This document shows positions 1 to 12,800 of a stretch of 64,000 nucleotides of DNA, piece after piece. The stretch lies in assembly GCA_964016885.1 (NCBI GenBank), contig OZ024743.1, forward strand, positions 99,944,001 to 100,008,000, given 5' to 3'. The first letter of the stretch is position 1, and every line of letters begins with the position of its first letter. Under the pieces are notes generated by a model. That model made no database searches. It was not told the DNA's origin and saw only the letters and a program-made list of their open reading frames with translations. The translations under genes and the position numbers were made by a program. The DNA is from Eledone cirrhosa (lineage: Eukaryota).

Positions 1-631
1 CATCTATAACAGTAAAGATGGCAACGGCTCCGCTTACTGCTACCTGTTAGATGGTGTGCAGCGGTTATCAACTGAACAACACAACATACAAGAAACACTG
101 CTTAGCAGTCTTGTCATGGTAACAGCAATAATTTAACGTTGGATTTGACCAGTAAAAATGCAAGATAGGTTGAAAACTAAGCGGTCTAACTTAGTGGAAT
201 GAACAAACGAACAAACTACTAGATTCAGTGGGTGGAAAGAAAATGGGACGGATAGACGGACGTGGGGGACAGATACACAGATACGTTGGTCAAATGAAAG
301 GACGGATGACGAGAGTAGATGGATGGAATTACTAGACCTAAAACAAGCAATGGTCATTTAGATGAAGTTATATAAACTATATTTAGACAAGATGCTTATA
401 TACATACACTCGCGCTCCTCAATCTATATGTGTGTGTGTGTGTAATTATTTGTAAATGTCTTATTGGAATATGTTACGTGTGTTTTGTACTCAGCAGGTT
501 TCGATGACAATAACTTTCCATAAGGGCAAAGATTCTCACAGCAATCACTGATGAAAAATTGTAATCGACGCCAATATTTCACAGCAGCAACTGTACTACT
601 AGTTGGTACAACACCAGCAGCAGCAACACTA

Positions 632-1018
632 TAGTAGTGGTGGTGGTGGTAATGGTTGTGGTGGCGGTGGTGGTAGTGGTGGTGGTGGTGAAGGTGGTGG
701 TGGTGGTAATGGTTGTGGTAGCGGTGGTGGTAATGGTTGTGGTGTTGGTGGTGAACGTAGTGGTGGTAATTGTTGTTGGTAGTGGTGGTGAAGGTAGTGG
801 TGGTGGTGGTGGTGGTAGTGGTGGTAATGGTTGTGGTGTTGGTGGTGATGGTGGTAGTGGTGGTAATGGTTGTGGTGTTGGCGGTGGTGGTGGTTGTAGC
901 GGTGGTGATGGTGGTGGTGGTGGTCGTCGTCGTTGTGGTATTGTTGTTGTTTGTGGTGGTGGTGGTGGTGGTAGTGGTGGTGGTTGTAGTAGTAGTAATA
1001 GTAGTAGTAGTGGTGGTG

Positions 1019-1066
<48 letters not shown>

Positions 1067-1215
1067 ATGTAGTAGTAGTAATAGTAGTACTAGTTGTGGT
1101 GGTGGTAGTAGTAGTTGTAGTAGTAGTGGCGGTGGTGGTGATGGTAGTAGTAGTAGTGGCGGTGGTGGTGCTAGTAGTAGTGTTGGATGTGGTGGTGGTA
1201 GCAGCAGCAGCAGCG
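632..1215. repeat. Compound trinucleotide microsatellite (GGT/GTA/GTT)n
   Basis: Runs of ggt, gta and gtt; accounts for the poly-V/T/H/P ORFs at 579-1298. Confidence 0.95.
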
Positions 1216-1486
1216 TTCGCAAATGTTGTTATTGTAACATTACTATCAACCGTAATCGATGAGTAGTTTATCCGACTGACTAACTGTTGATGGGACATAC
1301 ACTATATATATATGAGATATTTATTTAATAATGTCTCATATAAAATAATACAACCAACTATCCACGAAATACTGATTAGTTAGCACCCCCAAACACTAAA
1401 TTGGGATAATACTTAAGTATATCCTAATGTTTGTTGAGTGAGATGGAGTTGGTCGGAGTATCGCTTAAGGCTTTCTCTAGTTATGT

Positions 1487-1517
<31 letters not shown>

Positions 1518-1563
1518 TATGGAACACTGTTGGCTTCTTGCTACAATACTTTCTATACCTTTC

Positions 1564-1597
<34 letters not shown>

Positions 1598-1599
<2 letters not shown>

Positions 1600-1754
1600 C
1601 GAAGGAAATGTGGTAAGGAACCAGGTGGACCATAACGCACCAAAGTACTCAATACTTAGGGTAGTAGAGTGGGTAATAGGAACGAGTAGGACCCCGACGG
1701 CTGAGCTCAAGCCGTCGAAACGGCTTGAGCTCAGCCGTCGGGGTCCTACTCGTT

Positions 1755-1759
<5 letters not shown>
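1598..1759 (-). mobile_element. PLE-like 3'-end fragment in (TA)n ending in a perfect hairpin with 40-bp arms (1676-1759); family A, copy 1
   Basis: Flanked by (TA)n on both sides; near-identical to 47123-47316; contains the 3' part of a hammerhead (GAAA CGGCT..AGCCG TC). Confidence 0.7.
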
Positions 1760-1817
<58 letters not shown>

Positions 1818-1847
1818 AGATCAAAAGATGGTTAAAAGAGTTCCATG

Positions 1848-1918
1848 TATTTTATTATGCGCATTTCAAAAACAAATATCATCATGGGATGATATTTGCG
1901 TTCTTATCAGATAAAATA
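1848..1918 (-). ncRNA. Minimal type I hammerhead ribozyme with a G8-to-A core variant, in a PLE-like fragment
   Basis: Minus strand: TATTTTAT-CTGATAA-stem II (CAAATATCATC/GATGATATTTG)-GAAA-TGCGCA-TA-ATAAAATA; 8-bp stem I and palindromic helix III. Confidence 0.75.
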
Positions 1919-2057
1919 GGGAGACATGATATGAAGCTTTAAAAACACTTGCGAGCAGTGAAGTGTTAAATCAACATATATCAATCAACTTATCCGATAT
2001 TTGCATTGCTTTATTGTACTACAATAAAACTCACCTCCTACACACACACACACACAC

Positions 2058-2112
<55 letters not shown>

Positions 2113-2169
2113 TATATGTATCTATGTATATATGTATATATATATGTATGTAATGTATGTATGTATATA

Positions 2170-2800
2170 TCAGAAGTGTTCATCAGACGACGACATGTAA
2201 TGTTTGTGGAAGGGTATGCAGGTCGAGTAGTGATCTCACACGGTACCATGGGCCCAGCACTATGTGTCAATAATTGTCACATGTGTAGTGTTTGTACCAG
2301 AGTTTTCAAGTCGTTGGCTGGACTAAAAAGTCACACTTGTTCAGCGCATCGGTATGGGTTCTCCTACATGGATATAAAGTAGGAGAGATGACCCCTTAGC
2401 CTTTGTCAAGGCAGAATTCTAGAAGGAAAACTCTGATATAACACCTGCAACCCTGATGGTATCCAATGATGTTGACTTGTTCTTCTTTTTGGTAAATATC
2501 ATCTTGGTTAAGAGAGTGGGACTGGCTTTGTGCAGTGCCTTTGCTCACTATAAAAGCTTCACGGCACAGGCATTGCTTTATATCTGGAGATCTCTCTGCA
2601 CTTGTCATCACATGGTACCATGGGCCCTGCACTATGTGTCAATAATTGTCACAAGTGTAGTGTTTGTACCAGAGTTTTCAAGTCGCTGGCTGGACTAAAA
2701 AGCCACACTTGTTCAGCGCATCGGTAAGGGTTCTCCTACATGGATATAAAGTAGTGGCCGTACTCGAAAACGAGTTGGCAGCCACCATGTATGTATGTAT
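2170..2800 (+). mobile_element. RTE-clade LINE 3' fragment with a C-terminal C2H2-like finger, partly duplicated (2236-2382 and 2608-2754)
   Basis: Translation [22 protein letters not shown] followed by a stop; direct repeat at 372-bp offset; short 3' UTR ending in (ATGT)n. Confidence 0.6.
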
Positions 2801-2857
2801 ATATGTATATATATATATGTGTGTGTGTATATATAATATATATATATTATATTATAT

Positions 2858-2966
2858 AATCCCGCCGAGGTTGACTTTGCCTTTCATCCTTACGGGGTCG
2901 ATAAAATAAAGTACCAGTAATGCACTGGGTAATTGCTGGCCTTGTGCCTAATGTAGAAACAATTAT
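2858..2966 (+). mobile_element. SINE family 1, 5'-truncated copy
   Basis: gactttgcctttcatccttacggggtcgataaaataaagtaccag...ggccttgtgcc motif shared with copies at 5155, 17320, 46870 and 62480. Confidence 0.85.
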
Positions 2967-3335
2967 ATATATATATTAGAAAGTGAGGTTTTTTTACAAA
3001 ATGAAAAATAACCGAGGTGTCCTACACGAGTGAAAGTATAAAGAAAAAAAGATGAAATTGAAAATACAACTGGAGTCTTATTTTTTTTTAAATATATATA
3101 TTTATTTGGTTCCTTTACCGGTTTCGCAGTTCTTCTGCTTTTCAAAAGTAGAGTTGAGATGGAAGGTCTGTGGTTTTTCTCACACATATATATATAGTGG
3201 CGAAGAGACAGCAAATGCAAAAATGAAAACAAGACAAAATACGGTAAAATTAAACAATTGTATGGGTGTGTATATATATATTGGGTATATATTATATATA
3301 TTATATATATATTGTGTATATTATATATGCATATA

Positions 3336-3587
3336 GATGTGTGCGCGTGTGTGTATGTACACTCACACGTACACACACTCATACACTCACACGTACACAC
3401 ACTCATACACTCACACACTCACACTCACACACTCACATATACACACACACACTCACACTCACATATACACACTCACTCACACACTCATACGTACACACAC
3501 TCACAGTCACACATACACACACTCACATACACACACTCACATACACACACTCACATACACACATACACACACTCACATACATACACT
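3336..3587. repeat. CA-rich compound microsatellite
   Basis: (CA)n and (CACT)n mixture. Confidence 0.9.
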
Positions 3588-3957
3588 CCGCGGTCTCTGA
3601 GGAAACTAGAATCTGGAGTAATCACCGAAGGAATGTGTGGAAAGAAATATTAAAAGATACTATATATATATATATATATATATATACATACATATATACA
3701 TATAATCTCTTAATATTTCTTGCTGGGCTGGATGTTAAATAAAATTAACATAAATAGAGTCAGGAAAAGTTCTAGAAAACGAATAGAAAAATAGATTAGA
3801 GTGAAAGAAGAAAATAAAAGACTAAAAGAGAGTATTGGTAGGAAGAAAGACGGAACTAGTAGTACTTATCCCAACATCACACTGACCAAAGATTCTGCAA
3901 CTATAACACTCTATAACAACGGACGGGTGAAGCTTCCATCTCTCTCTCTCTCTCTCT

Positions 3958-3995
<38 letters not shown>

Positions 3996-3998
<3 letters not shown>

Positions 3999-4172
3999 TA
4001 TTGAAGTTTCCGTTGAAAATTGAAAAAGTCATAGGAGTGAAGAGTGCTCTATGTAAGTTACAGAGCTAAATTTAATGTATAATAAACAATACAATATAAT
4101 GACGTTTCTTGTATTCATCTTATTCGGGAAACCTCTGGTAATGAGGTAATTATATTGTATTGTTCATTATAC

Positions 4173-4176
<4 letters not shown>
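3996..4176. repeat. Fragment between (TA)n tracts ending in an inverted repeat with about 28-bp arms (4073-4100 and 4149-4176)
   Basis: taatgtataataaacaatacaatataat versus attatattgtattgttcattatacatta. Confidence 0.75.
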
Positions 4177-4235
<59 letters not shown>

Positions 4236-4384
4236 TATATTTCATGGGTGGATTCCCGATCAGTATCAGAAGGTCACCACAGTTTTAAAATGTACTCAAT
4301 ACGTTAGTAGAGTATGGGCATCTTTATTTTATATAGAAATGACTTCTACAGGACTAGAACTGTTTCATTCGTGTGAAATCGTCA

Positions 4385-4590
4385 TATATGTGTATGTGTG
4401 TGAGTGTGTGTGTGTCTGTGTGTGTGTATACATTTATATGTATTTATATCTCTATTTGTGTGTGTGTGTATACATTTATATGTATTTATATCTCTATGTG
4501 TGTGTGTGTGTGTACATTTATATGTATTTATATCTCTATATGTGTGTGTGTACATTTATATGTATTTATATCTCTATGTGTGTGTATATT
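4385..4590. repeat. Short minisatellite, about 4 copies of a 34-42 bp unit, (GT)n-acatttatatgtatttatatctctat
   Basis: Directly visible tandem units. Confidence 0.85.
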
Positions 4591-4775
4591 CACACTAATA
4601 CACACATGGAGAGAAAGACAGAGAAACAAACACCTATGTCTTCTCCTCCCCCTCCTCTCAGTTTATTAACAATATCCTAATCTTATTTTCGTTCTTTAGA
4701 TTAACTCTCCTTTATAGGAAGTTTAATCTTCCTCTCTATCGCTTTCTCTAAATTATCTAACTTTCCTCCCCCATC

Positions 4776-4846
<71 letters not shown>

Positions 4847-5038
4847 CTGTATGCAGCACTCGTGTCCGTACATATTACCACGTACATATATAAACATACA
4901 CCAATGTAAAAACCTGCATGTCTACTGTTATTTTCACTTTCGTTTTCGGGCTGCTGTGTTTACTTGCCCGTTCTTTGTTTTACATTTTCTTTCTCACGGT
5001 GAATATTTGCTTTATTGTTGTTGTTGTTGTTGGTGGTG

Positions 5039-5096
<58 letters not shown>

Positions 5097-5154
5097 CGTT
5101 ATTCGTTTAATTTCTGCATCATACTTGCAGCTTTTATCATTGCTAGATGACAAT

Positions 5155-5366
5155 CGGTGTAGTGTAGCTTTGAGCAAATGCTGCATTATTTAAATCAGTT
5201 GCGTCCCTTTACATTCTGAGTTCGAGTCCTGCCGAGGTAGACTTTGATTTTGTTAATCCTTCTAGGTTCAATAAAGCAAAGTACTAATCAAATAATTGCG
5301 TGCATTTAATGGACTAGACCTTTCATCAAGAAGTGTTGTCTTGTGCCAAAGTTAAAAATAATTATA
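5155..5366 (+). mobile_element. SINE family 1, diverged copy
   Basis: B-box-like gagttcgagtcc, degenerate central motif and cttgtgccaaa tail. Confidence 0.7.
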
Positions 5367-5806
5367 TTTTCTTCCTAGTTAGTAATATTGGTAAAATGGT
5401 AAAATCTTTAGTAAAATCGGTCGAGAGTTGGACAATTTTCCCATTTCATTTAGTTACAATCTGAGATGAAATCCCACAATCAGTCCATTTTGTCCTTCAA
5501 GGAAGATAAAATACTTATCAACCTAGTCTTGTGATAGCGGGGGTGGGGGGCACTAAATTCACTACACTATATATAGACTTCTATTTAATAAATATTTATA
5601 ACCCCACAAAAAAGTACAGAAACAATAACAAAAATTGAGGATTTCCTAGATAAATCTAATTCCAAAACAAACCTGATTTCATTCTGGAATAACAACATAA
5701 GGAAAATAGTATCAAAGAAGGAGAAGATCTCTTAGAGATTATGTATAAATACAGCTTCATTTAACACAGTCAGTGCTAGATTTACCATTGGCTTAGGTGT
5801 GCTTAA

Positions 5807-6369
5807 CCCTTTAGCATTTCCATTATTCTATATTTACTATTGTATTTTCACGGTAAAGGCTTTATCTCACCTACTTCATCATCATCATTTCATTTTACAT
5901 CCGCTTTTTCCCTGCTTGCAAGGGTGGGACGGGAACTGATTCTGGCTTGATTTCTACAGCTGGATGCCCTTCCTAACACCAACCTCATTTACAGTGAGTG
6001 CTGGGTGCTTTTTTGCCGTGGCACCTACACGACCACTTTGCAGTGGAATGATATGAACCCCAGTCCCTATCATCTCATTTCTACAGCTGAGTAAACTGGA
6101 ACAATGTGAAATAAAGTGTCTTGCTCAAGGAAACAAAACATCACCAAGTCTGAGAATTGAACTCACAACCTTTCGATTGCAAGGCCAATGCTCTAACCAC
6201 TAAGCCATGTGCCTCAATATCTCACATAATATCAAATCTATGTGATTTTAATATTATTTATTTTGAGAACAATACCTTAACATCAGTATGAGAGGCCAGT
6301 TACGGCTGGTTTTATCAGAAAGAGGTAAGAGAAATGTGGCCAGATACAGCCAGTTTAAATGCTAAAGGG
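5807..6369. mobile_element. piggyBac-type MITE interrupted by a SINE
   Basis: TTAA at 5803-5806 and 6370-6373; 13-bp TIRs ccctttagcattt / aaatgctaaaggg; homologous to 45004-45991. Confidence 0.85.
5877..6215 (-). mobile_element. tRNA-derived SINE family 2 with RTE-derived tail ending in (GAT)n
   Basis: Minus-strand head gaggcacatggcttagtggttagagc...gagttcaattc (A and B boxes); imperfect TSD tatctcac(c/a)ta; second copy at 55061-55449. Confidence 0.9.
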
Positions 6370-6864
6370 TTAAGCTCAGGGCCCCGTTGGCCGGGGAGGG
6401 GAGGGGGGGATCTTCCAGCCAAAATAATTTTACGATGAATTTTTCAAATGTTTTTTCAAATGTCAACAATAGTAAGGAGCCTTATAAGTTAACTAGGACA
6501 GGACCTCATTTTTCCTAAATCCAGCACTACATATAGTACAAGACTCCCCTACGTACAAACATTTTAATAGCAGAACCTTAACCAGAGATTATTTGTGGTC
6601 TTCTCTCACAGGCCATTACATGGATCTACGTTCAGATCCTGCCAGCACTTTTAATATTACAACTCCTTTAACCAAAGAAAACACCAATAAATGCCAAAGT
6701 ACCAAATAAAGACTAAAGTAAGAAAATAACAATTTCACAAAACTGACTGGACCAAGTTTACTAATTATTTAGACTTCAACGTGACAGGGAATTAAAGTTA
6801 TTTCAAAGAAATTCTGCTGCCTAACATATAAACTTGAGATTGTATAATAAGGGAATTATCCATG

Positions 6865-9800
6865 CTTCTGTCTAGCAGCTGAGTTTGGAAAGATAGAACT
6901 ATCTTCAAGTTAACTTCTGTATAGCAGCTGAGTTTGGGACAATAGAACTATCTTCAAGTTCACTTCTGTATAGCAGCTGAGTTTGGGAAGATAGAACTAT
7001 CTTCAAGTTAACTTCTGTATAGTAGATAAGTTTCGGAAGATAGAACTACCTTAAAGTTAACTTCTTTATAGCAGCTGAGTTTGGGAAGATAGAACTATCT
7101 TCAAGTTAACTGCTGTATAGCAGCTGACTTTGGAAAGATAGCACTATCTTCAAGTTAACTTCTGTAAAGCAGCTGAATTTGGGAAGATAGCACTATCTTC
7201 AAGTTAACTTCTGTATAGCAGCTGACTTTGGAAAGATAGCACTATCTTCAAGTTAACTTCTGTAGAGCAGCTGACTTTGGAAAGATAGCACTATCTTCAA
7301 GTTAACTTCTGTATAGCAGCTGAGTTTGGAAAGATAGCACTATCTTCAAGTTAACTTCTGTATAGCAGCTGAGTTTGGAAAGATAGCACTATCTTCAAAT
7401 TAACTTCTGTATAGCAGCTGAGTTTGGAAAGATAGCACTATCTTCAAGTTAACTTCTGTATAGCAGTTGACTTTGGAAAGATAGCACTATCTTCAAGTTA
7501 ACTTCTGTATAGCAGCTGACTTTGGAAAGATAGCACTATCTTCAAATTAACTTCTGTATAGCAGCTGACTTTGGAAATATAGCACTATCTTCAAGTTAAC
7601 TTCTGTATAGCAGCTGAGTTTGGGAAGATAGCACTATCTTCAAATTAACTTCTATATACCAGCTGACTTTGGGAAGATAGCACTGTCTTCAAGTTAACTT
7701 CTGTATAGCAGCTGACTTTGGGAAGATAGCACTATCTTCAAGTTAACTTCTGTATAGCAGCTGACTTTGGAAAGATAGCACTATCTTCAAGTTAACTTCT
7801 GTATAGCAGTTGACTTTGGAAAGATAGCACTATCTTCAAGTTAACTTCTGTATAGCAGCTGACTTTGGGAAGATAGCACTATCTTCAAATTAACTTCTGT
7901 ATAGCAGCTGACTTTGGAAATATAGCACTATCTTCAAGTTAACTTCTGTATAGCAGCTGAGTTTGGAAAGATAGCACTATCTTCAAGTTAACTTCTGTAT
8001 AGCAGCTGACTTTGGGAAGATAGCACTATCTTCAAATTAACTTCTATATACCAGCTGACTTTGGGAAGATAGCACTATCTTCAAGTTAACTTCTGTATAG
8101 CAGCTGACTTTGGGAAGATAGCACTATCTTCAAGTTAACTTCTGTATAGCAGCTGACTTTGGAAAGATAGCACTATCTTCAAGTTACCTTCTGTATAGCA
8201 GCTGACTTTGGAAAGATAGCACTATCTTCAAGTTAACTTCTGTATAGCAGCTGACTTTGGGAAGATAGCACTATCTTCAAGTTAACTTCTGTATAGCAGT
8301 TGACTTTGGGAGGATAGCACTATCTTCAAGTTAACTTCTGTATAGCAGCTGAGTTTGGAAAGATAGCACTATCTTCAAGTTAACTTCTGTATAGCAGCTG
8401 ACTTTGGAAAGATAGCACTATCTTCAAGTTAATTTCTGTATAGCAGCTGAGTTTGGAAAGATAGCACTATCTTCAAGTTAACTTCTGTATAGCAGCTGAC
8501 TTTGGGAAGATAGCACTATCTTCAAGTTAACTGCTGTATAGCAGCTGACTTTGGGAAGATAGCACTATCTTCAAGTTAACTTCTGTATAGCAGCTGAGTT
8601 TGGAAAGATAGCACTATCTTCAAGTTAACTTCTGTATAGCAGCTGACTTTTGAAAGATAGCACTATCTTCAAGTTAACTTCTGTATAGCAGCTGACTTTG
8701 GAAAGATAGCACTATCTTCAAGTTAACTTCTGTATAGCAGCTGACTTTGGGAAGATAGCACTATCTTCAAGCTAACTTCTGTATAGCAGCTGACTTTGGG
8801 AAGATAGCACTATCTTCAAGTTAACTTCTTTATAGCAGCTGACTTTGGAAAGATAGCACTATCTTCAAGTTAACTTCTGTATAGCAGCTGACTTTGGGAA
8901 GATAGCACTATCTTCAAGTTAACTTCTGTATAGCAGCTGACTTTGGGAAGATAGCACTATCTTCAAGTTAACTTCTGTATAGCAGCTGACTTTGGGAAGA
9001 TAGCACTATCTTCAAGTTAACTTCTGTATAGCAGCTGAGTTTGGAAAGATAGCACTATCTTCAAGTTACCTTCTGTATAGCAGCTGACTTTGGAAAGAAA
9101 GCACTATCTTCGAGTTAACTTCTGTATAGCAGCTGACTTTGGGAAGATAGCACTATCTTCAAGTTAACTTCTGTATAGCAGTTGACTTTGGGAAGATAGC
9201 ACTATCTTCAAGTTAACTTCTGTATAGCAGCTGAGTTTGGAAAGATAGCACTATCTTCAAGTTACCTTCTGTATAGCAGCTGACTTTGGAAAGATAGCAC
9301 TATCTTCAAGTTAATTTCTGTATAGCAGCTGAGTTTGGAAAGATAGCACTATCTTCAAGTTAACTTCTGTATAGCAGCTGACTTTGGGAAGATAGCACTA
9401 TCTTCAAGTTAACTGCTGTATAGCAGCTGACTTTGGGAAGATAGCACTATATTCAAGTTAACTTCTGTATAGCAGCTGACTTTGGAAATATAGCACTATC
9501 TTCAAGTTAACTTCTGTATAGCAGCTGACTTTGGGAAGATAGCACTATCTTCAAGTTAACTTCTGTATAGCAGCTGAGTTTGGAAAGATAGCACTATCTT
9601 CAAGTTACCTTCTGTATAGCAGCTGACTTTGGAAAGAAAGCACTATCTTCGAGTTAACTTCTGTATAGCAGCTGACTTTGGGAAGATAGCACTATCTTCA
9701 AGTTAACTTCTGTATAGCAGTTGACTTTGGGAAGATAGCACTATCTTCAAGTTAACTTCTGTATAGCAGCTGACTTTGGGAAGATAGCACTATCTTCAAG

Positions 9801-12800
9801 TTAACTTCTGTATAGCAGCTGAGTTTGGAAAGATAGCACTATCTTCAAGTTACCTTCTGTATAGCAGCTGAGTTTGGAAAGATAGCACTATCTTCAAGTT
9901 AACTTCCGTATAGCAGCTGACTTTGGGAAGATAGCACTATCTTCAAGTTAACTTCTGTATAGCAGCTGACTTTGGGAAGATAGCACTATCTTCAAGTTAA
10001 CTTCTGTATAGCAGCTGAGTTTGGAAAGATAGCACTATCTTCAAGTTAACTTCTGTATAGCAGTTGACTTTGGGAAGATAGCACTATCTTCAAGTTAACT
10101 TCTGTATAGCAGCTGACTTTGGAAAGATAGCACTATCTTCAAGTTAACTTCTGTATAGCAGCTGACTTTGGAAAGATAGCACTATCTTCAAGTTAACTTC
10201 TGTATAGCAGCTGACTTTGGAAAGATAGCACTATCTTCAAGTTAATTTCTGTATAGCAGCTGAGTTTGGAAAGATAGCACTATCTTCAAGTTAACTTCTG
10301 TATAGCAGCTGACTTTGGGAAGATAGCACTATCTTCAAGTTAACTGCTGTATAGCAGCTGACTTTGGGAAGATAGCACTATCTTCAAGTTAACTTCTGTA
10401 TAGCAGCTGAGTTTGGAAAGATAGCACTATCTTCAAGTTAACTTCTGTATAGCAGTTGACTTTGGGAAGATAGCACTATCTTCAAGTTAACTTCTGTATA
10501 GCAGCTGACTTTGGAAAGATAGCACTATCTTCAAGTTAACTTCTGTATAGCAGCTGACTTTGGAAAGATAGCACTATCTTCAAGTTAACTTCTGTATAGC
10601 AGCTGACTTTGGAAAGATAGCACTATCTTCAAGTTAATTTCTGTATAGCAGCTGAGTTTGGAAAGATAGCACTATCTTCAAGTTAACTTCTGTATAGCAG
10701 CTGACTTTGGGAAGATAGCACTATCTTCAAGTTAACTGCTGTATAGCAGCTGACTTTGGGAAGATAGCACTATCTTCAAGTTAACTTCTGTATAGCAGCT
10801 GACTTTGGAAAGATAGCACTATCTTCAAGTTAACTGCTGTATAGCAGCTGACTTTGGGAAGATAGCACTATCTTCAAGTTAACTTCTGTATAGCAGCTGA
10901 GTTTGGAAAGATAACACTATCTTCAAGTTAACTTCAGTATAGCAGCTGACTTTGGAAAGATAGCACTATCTTCAAGTTAACTTCTGTATAGCAGCTGACT
11001 TTGGGAAGATAGCACTATCTTCAAGCTAACTTCTGTATAGCAGCTGACTTTGGGAAGATAGCACTATCTTCAAGTTAACTTCTTTATAGCAGCTGACTTT
11101 GGAAAGATAGCACTATCTTCAAGTTAACTTCTGTATAGCAGCTGACTTTGGGAAGATAGCACTATCTTCAAGTTAACTTCTGTATAGCAGCTGACTTTGG
11201 GAAGATAGCACTATCTTCAAGTTAACTTCTGTATAGCAGCTGACTTTGGGAAGATAGCACTATCTTCAAGTTAACTTCTGTATGGCAGCTGAGTTTGGAA
11301 AGATAGCACTATCTTCAAGTTACCTTCTGTATAGCAGCTGACTTTGGAAAGATAGCACTATCTTCAAGTTAATTTCTGTATAGCAGCTGAGTTTGGAAAG
11401 ATAGCACTATCTTCAAGTTAACTTCTGTATAGCAGCTGACTTTGGGAAGATAGCACTATCTTCAAGTTAACTTCTGTATAGCAGCTGACTTTGGAAATAT
11501 AGCACTATCTTCAAGCTAACTTCTGTATAGCAGCTGACTTTGGGAAGATAGCACTATCTTCAAGTTAACTTCTGTATAGCAGCTGACTTTGGGAAGATAG
11601 CACTATCTTCAAGTTAACTTCTGTATAGCAGCTGACTTTTGAAAGATAGCACTATCTTCAAGTTAACTTCTGTATAGCAGCTGACTTTGGAAAGATAGCA
11701 CTATCTTCAAGTTAACTTCTGTATAGCAGCTGACTTTGGGAAGATAGCACTATCTTCAAGCTAACTTCTGTATAGCAGCTGACTTTGGGAAGATAGCACT
11801 ATCTTCAAGTTAACTTCTTTATAGCAGCTGACTTTGGAAAGATAGCACTATCTTCAAGTTAACTTCTGTATAGCAGCTGACTTTGGGAAGATAGCACTAT
11901 CTTCAAGTTAACTTCTGTATAGCAGCTGACTTTGGGAAGATAGCACTATCTTCAAGTTAACTTCTGTATAGCAGCTGACTTTGGGAAGATAGCACTATCT
12001 TCAAGTTAACTTCTGTATAGCAGCTGAGTTTGGAAAGATAGCACTATCTTCAAGTTACCTTCTGTATAGCAGCTGACTTTGGAAAGAAAGCACTATCTTC
12101 GAGTTAACTTCTGTATAGCAGCTGACTTTGGGAAGATAGCACTATCTTCAAGTTAACTTCTGTATAGCAGTTGACTTTGGGAAGATAGCACTATCTTCAA
12201 GTTAACTTCTGTATAGCAGCTGAGTTTGGAAAGATAGCACTATCTTCAAGTTACCTTCTGTATAGCAGCTGACTTTGGAAAGATAGCACTATCTTCAAGT
12301 TAATTTCTGTATAGCAGCTGAGTTTGGAAAGATAGCACTATCTTCAAGTTAACTTCTGTATAGCAGCTGACTTTGGGAAGATAGCACTATCTTCAAGTTA
12401 ACTGCTGTATAGCAGCTGACTTTGGGAAGATAGCACTATCTTCAAGTTAACTTCTGTATAGCAGCTGACTTTGGAAATATAGCACTATCTTCAAGCTAAC
12501 TTCTGTATAGCAGCTGACTTTGGGAAGATAGCACTATCTTCAAGTTAACTTCTGTATAGCAGCTGACTTTGGGAAGATAGCACTATCTTCAAGTTAACTT
12601 CTGTATAGCAGCTGACTTTGGAAAGATAGCACTATCTTCAAGTTAACTTCTGTATAGCAGCTGACTTTGGGAAGATAGCACTATCTTCACGTTAACTTCT
12701 GTATAGCAGCTGACTTTGGGAAGATAGCACTATCTTCAAGTTAACTTCTGTATAGCAGCTGACTTTGGGAAGATAGCACTATCTTCAAGTTAACTTCTGT

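Larger units (their letters stand above)
5771..6529. mobile_element. hAT-like MITE, outer element of a nest
   Basis: TIRs cagtgctagattta / taaatccagcact; degenerate possible 8-bp TSD (aacacagt versus catatagt). Confidence 0.6.

Noticed and set aside
2-551. Possible terminal exons of a host gene (open frame 2-118 with GT at 119; acceptor at 494 or 497; stop at 549-551)
   Set aside because: The peptides are short and unrecognisable and the donor is weak; this needs RNA-seq or upstream sequence
579-1298. Mucin-like or poly-amino-acid ORFs, also at 18049-18994
   Set aside because: Translations of trinucleotide microsatellites that are open in several frames
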